From Obrimoposthia wandeli (lineage: Eukaryota), in the NCBI GenBank assembly GCA_977020255.1, contig CDROCS010001101.1, forward strand, positions 186,001-250,000: a DNA stretch of 64,000 nucleotides, given 5' to 3'. The notes under the pieces are model-generated. The model had not been told where the DNA came from, did not search any database, and saw nothing but the letters and a program-made list of their open reading frames with translations. Positions within the stretch are counted from its first letter, which is position 1, and each line of letters starts with the position of its first letter. Positions 28,645 through 37,171 of the stretch are shown piece after piece. The translations under genes and the position numbers were made by a program.

Positions 28645-31455
28645 ATGCCCTCACCTGTTTCTAAAACAGCGCAATACGTAATTGGCATCGATCTGGGCAC
28701 TACTCACAGTGTGCTATCTTATAAAAACATCGATGATTATCAAACCAGCGCATCAGTATTCCATGTAGACCAATTAGTTGGTCCTGGCGAAGTTGCCAGA
28801 AAGCCGTTACTCCCTTCATTCCGCTATCACTTTAATGATAACGAAATTGCGACAACAGATTGTGTTTTACCTTGGCAACCGAGCCGATTTGAAGGTGAAA
28901 TCAGCAATGTGATCGTTGGCCAATGGGCTCGCGATCTCGGCACTAAAACTAAAGGCCGTTTAGTCTCTAGCGCCAAAAGTTGGTTATCGCATCCAAGCAT
29001 TGATGCGCAAGCTGCTATTTTACCTTGGGCAGTTGAAGATAATATTGAAAAAGTATCGCCAGTTATTGCCAGTGCCAGTTACCTTGCGCATTTTCAAGCA
29101 TCTTGGAATTACCATAATCCAACGCACTTACTTGCAGATCAGAATATTACCATCACAGTCCCTGCTTCTTTTAACGATACGGCCCGTGCGTTAACACTGG
29201 CTGCGGCAGATCTGGTTGGCTTAACAAATGTCACTTTATTAGAAGAGCCTCAGGCCGTTTGCTACGATTGGTATCATCGTAATAAACAAGCTAAAACAGA
29301 TTTGATCGAACATGATAAAACCATGCTTGTGTGTGACATCGGTGGCGGCACAACAGATCTAAGTTTAATTGAAATGTCATTAGAGCATGGAGAGTTGAAT
29401 TTAAATCGTGTCGCAGTTGGTGATCACCTAATGCTTGGTGGTGATAACATCGATTTAGCCTTAGCGCATATTGTCGAATCAAGAATTTCACCGGGGCAAC
29501 GTTTACAAGCGGCAGCACTGGGTCAACTTATCCAACAAACCCGTCAGGCTAAAGAGTTATTTTTATCAGAGCAACCACCAAGCACGACATCGATTACGTT
29601 GCTCGGTCGTGGCTCAAAGCTTGTCGCGCAATCAAAGAAATGCGAACTGACAAAAAATGAAGTCGTTGATATGGTATTTAATGGTTTCTTGCCAAATAGC
29701 AGCTTTAGCCAATTACCAAGTCACCGTAAGAATGCGGTTGTTGAATTTGGTTTACCGTATACGTCAGATCCCGCTATTTCAAAACACATAGCCGAATTCA
29801 TCCATACTTATTACGACGTGCCTGCAACTGAAGATTACGATCCTACGATCGTACCAGCAGCAATCTTGGTAAATGGTGGTATTTTCAATAGCCAACAAGT
29901 AAAACAGCACATCGAAAAAGTGTTATCTGGTTGGAAGAAACAAAAAGTGCAGATGCTCCACAATGGTAATCCAGATTTGTCTGTTGCTTTTGGCGCTGTA
30001 GAGTTTGCTTTTGCTAAGCTAGGTAAGCAAAAACAAATTGGTGGCGGTAGTCCGCGTAACTATTTCATTGAGATCACAGACCGTTCAGGTCAACCTCAAT
30101 CGATTTGTCTTTTACCTAAGGGAACAGAAGATGAACAAGTTATCAATTTAGATAGCCGTTTGTTCTCGTTAACCATCGGTGAACCAATTCGTTTTAATCT
30201 TGCGACCACGAGCCATGAGAGTAATTTCAAACCGGGGGATATTATTGAAGCGAAGTCAGCGACAGAATTGAAAGGTAAAACGCCTTTACCACCTTTTGTT
30301 GTGACGATCCCTGAGCATAAAGATCATAAACGTTTTGAATCTGTTTACCTGTCTTGCAAACTAAGCAGCATTGGTACCTTACAATTAGAATGTGTTAGCG
30401 AAACCAATAGTAAGCAACGTTGGGCTTTAGAATTTTCGGTACGCCCGAGTTTATCAAACAAAAACACTGGCGATGACAGTCATAGCGTCAATGATATTAA
30501 ACAGCGTCACCCTAAATTACCTGAAGCGATCCAGTTAATTGAATCAGTATATGGCGCGAGTAGTAAAAAGAGTGATCCTAAATTAGTTAAATCATTACGC
30601 AACGATTTGGATAAACGCTTAGGTAAGCGTGATACTTGGGATACTGATTTATTACGTGAACTGGCAGCGCCTTGTTTACAGTTTGCTAAAAACCGTCGTC
30701 GTACCGAACAACACGAACGTAATTGGTTAAAGCTAACCAGTTTCTTACTTCGCCCTGGTTTTGGTTACCCTGCTGATGATTGGCGTATTGAACAGATGTG
30801 GCCGATATTCAAATCTGCTATTCAATACAATAAATCGACACAGTCATGGAGTGATTGGTGGAATCTATGGCGCCGTATTGCTGGTGGTCTTAATGAACAA
30901 CAGCAAATAGAAATATACGACACGATTTCAATCTATTTTGTTGAAGACAATAATAAAAACGCCAAAGTGATCAACCAAGCTAAGCTACGCAGTTATGATG
31001 ATATTATCCGACTTGCGGCATCGCTAGAGCACATTCCGGTGGCTCTGAAAGTTGAATTTGGTGAATACTTGCTGACTAAATTGAAGAAACCACAAAATCA
31101 GCAACTACATTGGTGGGCTTTAGGCCGCATAGCGTCACGCGTTGCTTTTTATGGTAGTCAGCACAATGTCATTCCCCGTCATATTGTTGAGACATGGTTA
31201 AATACATTACTCGACGCTGATTGGCAAAAAGAACCACACATTGCATTTGCTGCTGTAATGATTGCCAGAAAAACCGGTGATCGAGAAATGGATATTCAGG
31301 ATAAGGTTAGAGACGCTGTTATTGAAAAGTTAACGCAGAATAAGTTATCTGAATCTTGGTTAGAACTTGTACGTGAAGTGCAAACCTCTGATGAAACAGT
31401 GATGAAGCGTATTTTTGGTGACAGTCTACCGACAGGCTTAACGCTTTTGTCGTAA
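28645..31455 (+). CDS. Atypical Hsp70-family protein with a ~330-aa C-terminal helical extension (DUF3731-type)
   Basis: IGIDLGTTH, SAKSWL, TVPASF, LEEPQAV, DIGGGTTDLS, GGDNID, LVNGG. The extension is Trp/Arg-rich (HERNWLKL..LRPGFGYPADDWR, WWALGRI). Confidence 0.88.
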   Translation: MPSPVSKTAQYVIGIDLGTTHSVLSYKNIDDYQTSASVFHVDQLVGPGEVARKPLLPSFRYHFNDNEIATTDCVLPWQPSRFEGEISNVIVGQWARDLGTKTKGRLVSSAKSWLSHPSIDAQAAILPWAVEDNIEKVSPVIASASYLAHFQASWNYHNPTHLLADQNITITVPASFNDTARALTLAAADLVGLTNVTLLEEPQAVCYDWYHRNKQAKTDLIEHDKTMLVCDIGGGTTDLSLIEMSLEHGELNLNRVAVGDHLMLGGDNIDLALAHIVESRISPGQRLQAAALGQLIQQTRQAKELFLSEQPPSTTSITLLGRGSKLVAQSKKCELTKNEVVDMVFNGFLPNSSFSQLPSHRKNAVVEFGLPYTSDPAISKHIAEFIHTYYDVPATEDYDPTIVPAAILVNGGIFNSQQVKQHIEKVLSGWKKQKVQMLHNGNPDLSVAFGAVEFAFAKLGKQKQIGGGSPRNYFIEITDRSGQPQSICLLPKGTEDEQVINLDSRLFSLTIGEPIRFNLATTSHESNFKPGDIIEAKSATELKGKTPLPPFVVTIPEHKDHKRFESVYLSCKLSSIGTLQLECVSETNSKQRWALEFSVRPSLSNKNTGDDSHSVNDIKQRHPKLPEAIQLIESVYGASSKKSDPKLVKSLRNDLDKRLGKRDTWDTDLLRELAAPCLQFAKNRRRTEQHERNWLKLTSFLLRPGFGYPADDWRIEQMWPIFKSAIQYNKSTQSWSDWWNLWRRIAGGLNEQQQIEIYDTISIYFVEDNNKNAKVINQAKLRSYDDIIRLAASLEHIPVALKVEFGEYLLTKLKKPQNQQLHWWALGRIASRVAFYGSQHNVIPRHIVETWLNTLLDADWQKEPHIAFAAVMIARKTGDREMDIQDKVRDAVIEKLTQNKLSESWLELVREVQTSDETVMKRIFGDSLPTGLTLLS

Positions 31456-31489
31456 ACCTTTTTAAAAATAAATCATATGTGATTTAAAT

Positions 31490-31522
31490 AGCAGGCTACT
31501 GTATGTATATAGTAGACCTGCT
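31490..31522. terminator. Hairpin between the convergent Hsp70 and TerB genes
   Basis: AGCAGG-CTACT-(10 nt)-AGTAG-A-CCTGCT. Confidence 0.6.
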
Positions 31523-31559
31523 AACAAGGCTCAAAAACCATGACTAAAATGAGTGACAA

Positions 31560-32003
31560 CTAGACACATGCCGCTAACTTAGCTTTGATGTAATCTGAAT
31601 GTGTAATGTAAATGAGATCCGCCACTTGTCTAATTAAAGCCTCTTCATGTGGATCAATAACACCGTCCGCATAAGCAACACGCCACATAGATTCTATAAG
31701 TACATACCTTTGTTTATATTCAACATTCCGTAATTTGGATGTGAATTCATAAATTGATACCGCATCTTCACTGTTCTTTTTGGCTGTGGCTAACAACGTA
31801 CTGGCTCTATCAGTATCTATATTCAGTAACAAGGAAAGTTGATGTATTTTAGCAATGCTTTCTTTTTCAGTTATATCATTATCTGCACTCGCCACTTCGC
31901 ATAATAAAGCCGCCATCGATAATTCAAAGCCCTGATCATCAGCCGTATTTGATGATGAGTCTTCAGACAACTGCTTAAATAAACTGTGTAATGCTTTAAA
32001 CAT
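31560..32003 (-). CDS. TerB-family (tellurite-resistance/DjlA N-terminal fold) protein
   Basis: AALLCEVASADND and MWRVAYADGVIDPHEEALIRQVADL: the two AxADG-type TerB motifs. Confidence 0.85.
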   Translation of the reverse strand: MFKALHSLFKQLSEDSSSNTADDQGFELSMAALLCEVASADNDITEKESIAKIHQLSLLLNIDTDRASTLLATAKKNSEDAVSIYEFTSKLRNVEYKQRYVLIESMWRVAYADGVIDPHEEALIRQVADLIYITHSDYIKAKLAACV

Positions 32004-32322
32004 ACATGTATCACTCTTATTAATAGAAGGAATTATTCCACAACATAAATTTATGACAGCAAAATGTATAAAAAGTTTTGATCCATTACAGGCTCTATTA
32101 CTAGCCTGATTTTGTATTGTTAATTGTTAATTGTTACTTATTATTGTTTATTCATCTTAATGACAGCTTGTTATTTATGAGACTAAGCGTTTGTTTTCTA
32201 TATGTAATCATTCTATTTACTTGATACTTTGTTATTATTAACACCTTATTGGTACTTTTTGATTTGCTAATTCATATCGTACCAATTCACAATTTGGCGT
32301 GAATATAATTCCCTAGGTAAAT

Positions 32323-34191
32323 ATGTTGCATTTAAAACTACAACCAAGACTCTTTATTTCGATGATTTATCCGCTGTTAGTGTTAATCATCTTTAGCTTA
32401 ATGTATGTTGGTTACTCTGATTATAGGTATATAAAAACAAATACTTACCAACAAGCTGAAAACAATTTAGATATTGCTAAGGAATACCTAGACCAGCACT
32501 TAAACGCGGTAAATAACCAGCTGTTTCTTTTGGGTGAAACGTACAAGTATAACTATAATTTAACCGATTTTTTATTCAGTGCCCAACATATACTTAATAA
32601 TGAAGACAAGTACTTAGAGATTGGTTTATTAACCGCTGAACATGCATATTATGCCACTAATTATGTCTACAATGGCGATGCTGATGATAATCGCTCACGT
32701 CCTTGGTTTAATAAAGATATGGATTATGAAACCCCTTTTATTTCATCATTATATAAAAGTGAGCAAACTCAAAAGTGGACAGTTGCCTTTGTCTATTTAT
32801 TAAAGCTTAATAATGGGGAAAATGCCCGTCTTATCTTAGAATTAGACATACTTGCCTTGTATGACAAGTTATCTCTACTTAAAACGTTAATGAATGGCTA
32901 TGTTTATGCTGTGGATGCAAAAACAGGTCAAATAGTCATGCACCCTGACCCATCAAGAATCTCAACTCAGTCAATAAGCCTTCCACCCAATGAAATCGAG
33001 CGTATTGTCAGTAATACTCAATTAAAAAAAGAGTTAAATAAAGAATTAAATAAAGAACTGAATAAAGACGTAAATGAAGAGCCTGGCACCGAATTAACGA
33101 TAAAAAATATCATTAACTATTCCTATCACAATCAGAAAAAATTTAGTATATACCAAGTAGATAATCAACTAGGTTGGATATTACTTTCAAGCTCTAACAA
33201 CGCCGAAATGAAATATAAAGTATTTAATATCGGCGTGGTATCTTTTGTATTACTGGCATTGATAGTTGTTTTATCAATGATTTACTTCATCTCAAGCCGT
33301 GTACATAGTAAGGGGCAAGTACTTTCAGGCTCAACGAGACTAGAGGATATCTACCTTGCATTATCACAAATGGCCAGTGAGTTAACTCATTTCGATAACA
33401 TGTTTTTTATTATATATAATCCATACAACCGACATTTTGAAGAACCCATTCACAATTTAAGCTTGAATGCAGATGACATATTTACCGAAATAACACACGA
33501 TAAAGTGACAAAGCTTAAGATAAAAACCCCATTAATAGCCGGTATTTTACCGCACCAAACTTGTACGCGTATTCCGTTATATAACAAGGCTGAGCTTATT
33601 GGTGTCATATACCTGACAAACAGCAATTTAAAGTCGCTTCACTTTATGAATATATTTCGTAACTATGCGCAGAGTGCTCTTATCAATATGCTACTAACAC
33701 AAAAGATAAGAAGTGAAGATTCAATGACTCAGCTGATGAACAAGGTATATTTACGCCAGCAAATGGGTACTCAAATAAGATGTAAGACACCTGACACTTA
33801 TCTAGCAATGATCGATATTGATGATTTTAAATTGATTAATGATAACTTTGGTCACTTGTTTGGCGACCGGGTTATTATCAAGACTGCAGATATGCTCAAG
33901 CATTATTTTAATCATAGAGCGGTTAGCGCACGTTATGGTGGCGAAGAGTTTGCCGTACTATTTTATGCCGTTGATGAACAACAGGCATACCAAAAATTAG
34001 AAGAATTTCGTTATGGTATAGAGACAACAATGGTAAAATCCGAGCTTAAGCAATGTGCTCTGACAGTAAGTATCGGTTTTAGTGCACTTCGTGATAGCAT
34101 AGATAAAACGATTTATGATGCTGATAAAGCCTTGTATTTAGCTAAAAATAATAACAAAAATAAAGTATACCAAGCTGTCGAAATAACTTAA
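32323..34191 (+). CDS. Sensor diguanylate cyclase (TM-dCache-TM-GAF-like-GGDEF)
   Basis: Two TM segments. Cache motifs RSRPWF, PFISSLY, GYVYAVD..IVMHPD. Catalytic-domain motifs MIDIDDFKLIND.FGH..GD and ARYGGEEF. Confidence 0.9.
   Translation: MLHLKLQPRLFISMIYPLLVLIIFSLMYVGYSDYRYIKTNTYQQAENNLDIAKEYLDQHLNAVNNQLFLLGETYKYNYNLTDFLFSAQHILNNEDKYLEIGLLTAEHAYYATNYVYNGDADDNRSRPWFNKDMDYETPFISSLYKSEQTQKWTVAFVYLLKLNNGENARLILELDILALYDKLSLLKTLMNGYVYAVDAKTGQIVMHPDPSRISTQSISLPPNEIERIVSNTQLKKELNKELNKELNKDVNEEPGTELTIKNIINYSYHNQKKFSIYQVDNQLGWILLSSSNNAEMKYKVFNIGVVSFVLLALIVVLSMIYFISSRVHSKGQVLSGSTRLEDIYLALSQMASELTHFDNMFFIIYNPYNRHFEEPIHNLSLNADDIFTEITHDKVTKLKIKTPLIAGILPHQTCTRIPLYNKAELIGVIYLTNSNLKSLHFMNIFRNYAQSALINMLLTQKIRSEDSMTQLMNKVYLRQQMGTQIRCKTPDTYLAMIDIDDFKLINDNFGHLFGDRVIIKTADMLKHYFNHRAVSARYGGEEFAVLFYAVDEQQAYQKLEEFRYGIETTMVKSELKQCALTVSIGFSALRDSIDKTIYDADKALYLAKNNNKNKVYQAVEIT
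33028..33075 (+). repeat. In-frame 12-nt tandem repeat (KELN x3 + KDVN) inside the periplasmic sensor domain
   Basis: AAAGAGTTAAAT AAAGAATTAAAT AAAGAACTGAAT AAAGACGTAAAT. Confidence 0.85.
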
Positions 34192-34209
34192 TTACACACA
34201 GGGAATACC

Positions 34210-36006
34210 ATGAGCACATTAGGTAAAGATAAAATAAGTCAGACACCATCATTCACGAGCTTATTACCTATTTTTGCCTTTATCAAACCCTATAAATTAA
34301 TGGTGTTCTATGCCCTGATCGCATTATTACTGACCGCAGGTGTTAATTTATCACTTGGTCAAGGTGTTAAATACGTCATTGATAATGGCTTTATTGCAGG
34401 ATCTGAAACCCAGTTAAAATCTGCAATATTAGCACTTGTAGTACTGATCACGCTGTTAGCACTTGGTACATTTAGCCGATTTTATTTAATGTCATGGTTG
34501 GGCGAACGCGTGAGCGCTGACATTCGAAAAGCAGTTTTTAATCAGGTTATTAAGTTACACCCAAGTTATTTTGAAGAAAACAGAAGTGGTGAAATCATGT
34601 CAAGATTAACGACAGATACCACACTACTGCAATCCATCATTGGTTCTTCATTCTCGATGGCTCTTCGCAGTGCATTAATGCTGATTGGTGGCTTAGTTAT
34701 GCTGCTCGTCACGAATATAAACCTAACGCTTTGGGTTATTGCCTTTGTCCCCTTCATTCTTATCCCAATCTTAATTTACGGTCGAAAAGTACGAGTATTA
34801 GCCGCGAATAGTCAGGATGCTATTGCTGATATAGGCAGCTATGCAGGCGAAATAATTCAAAACATTAAAGTAGTGCAAAGCTATACTCATGAGCAAACCG
34901 AACAAGCCTCTTTTGCCAATGAAGTAGAGAAAGCATTTTCGGTTGCCAAAGACAGGATAAAACAACGGTCGTTATTGATTGCGATTGTCATATTTCTTAC
35001 TTTTAGTGCGATCAGCATTATGCTTTGGGTTGGTGGCATGGATGTACTGAATGGCCAAATGACGGGTGGTGAATTAGGCGCGTTTGTTTTCTACGCGGTG
35101 ATGGTTGCCATGTCTGTTGCGACTATTTCTGAAGTGTATGGTGAACTGCAGCGGGCAGCGGGTTCTGCGACTCGATTATTAGAACTCCTCGAGGTCACCA
35201 GTAAAATACAATCACCAGAGCAGCCTAAAATAATTCATGATAATCAAGCGACAGTTATCGAATTCAAAAATCTGGATTTCTATTACCCATCCCGCCCTAA
35301 TATAGCCGCCTTGGAAGCCATTAATTTAAAGATCCCCAAAGGTAAAGTGATCGCATTAGTCGGGCCGTCTGGTGCAGGTAAAACGACTTTATTTGAATTA
35401 CTACAACGTTTCTATGACCCACAATCAGGTGAAGTTCTATTTAATAATACCAACATTAAACAATTAGCACTAAACCAAATACGAAAACGAATGGGGATGG
35501 TCCCACAACATCCGGTATTATTTAGCTCTAACGTCTGGCACAACATACGCTATGGCGATCCAACAGCGACAAATGAACAAGTTATTACCGCAGCAAAACT
35601 TGCCCATGCCCATGACTTTATTCTGCAATTACCGGAAGGTTATGATAGTTTTTTAGGTGAACAAGGAGTGCGTTTGTCAGGGGGACAAAAACAACGTATC
35701 GCCCTCGCCCGTGCCATTTTAAAAGACCCTGAAGTATTGTTATTAGATGAAGCAACCAGCGCACTAGATGCCGAAAGTGAGCACCATGTGCAAGCTGCAT
35801 TAGAAGAATTAATGCAAAACAGAACAACATTAATTATTGCGCATCGTTTATCAACAGTCATTAATGCAGATGTTATTTTACTCATGGACCAGGGAAAAGT
35901 AATAGCGCAAGGCAACCATCATCAGCTAGTCGAGTCATCGACATTATATCGACGCTTATGTGAATTACAGTTTGATAACGCAGGTAATAAGGAGGGTTTT
36001 AACTAG
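34210..36006 (+). CDS. MsbA-related ABC exporter (fused permease/ATPase)
   Basis: Six-TM domain with GERVSADIRK and GEIMSRLTTDT; NBD with GPSGAGKTT, LSGGQKQR, LDEATSALD, IAHRLST. Confidence 0.9.
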   Translation: MSTLGKDKISQTPSFTSLLPIFAFIKPYKLMVFYALIALLLTAGVNLSLGQGVKYVIDNGFIAGSETQLKSAILALVVLITLLALGTFSRFYLMSWLGERVSADIRKAVFNQVIKLHPSYFEENRSGEIMSRLTTDTTLLQSIIGSSFSMALRSALMLIGGLVMLLVTNINLTLWVIAFVPFILIPILIYGRKVRVLAANSQDAIADIGSYAGEIIQNIKVVQSYTHEQTEQASFANEVEKAFSVAKDRIKQRSLLIAIVIFLTFSAISIMLWVGGMDVLNGQMTGGELGAFVFYAVMVAMSVATISEVYGELQRAAGSATRLLELLEVTSKIQSPEQPKIIHDNQATVIEFKNLDFYYPSRPNIAALEAINLKIPKGKVIALVGPSGAGKTTLFELLQRFYDPQSGEVLFNNTNIKQLALNQIRKRMGMVPQHPVLFSSNVWHNIRYGDPTATNEQVITAAKLAHAHDFILQLPEGYDSFLGEQGVRLSGGQKQRIALARAILKDPEVLLLDEATSALDAESEHHVQAALEELMQNRTTLIIAHRLSTVINADVILLMDQGKVIAQGNHHQLVESSTLYRRLCELQFDNAGNKEGFN

Positions 36007-36187
36007 ATCTTAATTTGTTTAATGAATTAATTTAGGAAACTTGTGGTTTGTTAATCACTGTCTACTATTAAGGTATAAGACATAATGCAGATAGATAAAT
36101 ACCTGTATTCACTTATAAAATCTATATCGATTATAAGAACTATATCAATTATAGACCTATACCAATTATAAAAATAGTAGGATAAGT

Positions 36188-36361
36188 ATGAGTAAATTAA
36201 TTTTAACTATTACGTTTATTATCGCTTCAGCTACATTCAATGTGAGCGCAACTGAAGGACAAGGCTCTGGAGTATTAGGGCCAGAAGTACAATGCAAACT
36301 ACACAATGGTGATGTAATTAAAACCTATGCGCAAATCTGCGAAGCACGTAAAATCGGTTAG
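36188..36361 (+). CDS. Small secreted protein, 57 aa, two Cys
   Basis: MSKLILTITFIIASATFNVSA|TEGQGSGVLGPEVQCKLHNGDVIKTYAQICEARKIG*. AGGA RBS-like motif upstream and a clear Sec signal peptide. Below the ORF-track cutoff. Confidence 0.7.
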   Translation: MSKLILTITFIIASATFNVSATEGQGSGVLGPEVQCKLHNGDVIKTYAQICEARKIG

Positions 36362-36440
36362 TTGTCAAAGCAAGCACAGTTCTATCATGTTACAAGCATC
36401 AATTGGTACCAGTGCACTGCGCTTGTACCAATTGAAAAGC

Positions 36441-36998
36441 TTATTTAATGCTGTTCTCAATTTGATTTTGAACTTGAACTTGCTCATAACCCGTCATATA
36501 CGTACTAGGTAATGAAATAACTGCACCATGTTTACTGTTTGCTTTTTCTTGCAATTTGATCACAAGGTTCTCATTAGTATTCACTGAATCAGGAACCGAG
36601 AACGAAAACATTTGGTCAAAAACACACAACTCATCACATGTTCTAAATGTACCACGTTCTTGTTTTATCTTTACCGATTCCAAGCCATTGATAGATACAA
36701 ACCCGTATTCAAAACCAAAGTCGGTATGCTTAACTAAAAGGTTAACACGTGTATCGATCTGATGCTTTTCATTGCTACTTTCTCTGCCATACATGTAAGC
36801 ATCTGCTTTAAACAATGCTTGTGTCGTGCCCGCTTCAGGCGTCAGTGTAATGGTAGGTCCCGTAATACGCTTCCCTTCCCAAGTCTGTGTTACTGAAACC
36901 ATGTCTTGAAACTGTTCAGAGCTCGCGTCTTCATAAGTATTCGAACAAGCTGTAAGTGCGAGTGGTAATAATAGTGGCGCTAAAAATTTTAGTTTCAT
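36441..36998 (-). CDS. Lipoprotein of unknown function
   Basis: MKLKFLAPLLLPLALTAC lipobox; beta-rich mature part. Confidence 0.75.
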   Translation of the reverse strand: MKLKFLAPLLLPLALTACSNTYEDASSEQFQDMVSVTQTWEGKRITGPTITLTPEAGTTQALFKADAYMYGRESSNEKHQIDTRVNLLVKHTDFGFEYGFVSINGLESVKIKQERGTFRTCDELCVFDQMFSFSVPDSVNTNENLVIKLQEKANSKHGAVISLPSTYMTGYEQVQVQNQIENSIK

Positions 36999-37171
36999 TT
37001 TAAGTCTTCCTTGTTACATCGCAGACAGTTTAATCATACGATTTTGTGTTCGATTTATGAAATGTGTTTTATTTATGATAAATGCTATAAGAAATAAAGG
37101 CGATTGAATTAATATCCAACCACCTTTACCTTTTATTTTAAGCCATTATTTTAAGCTATTATAAATTCGGC

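Noticed and set aside
31499-31514. LexA box CTGTATGTATATAGTA near the Hsp70/TerB junction
   Set aside because: The right half is GTA, not CAG. The sequence is part of a terminator-like hairpin between convergent gene ends, where no promoter is expected.
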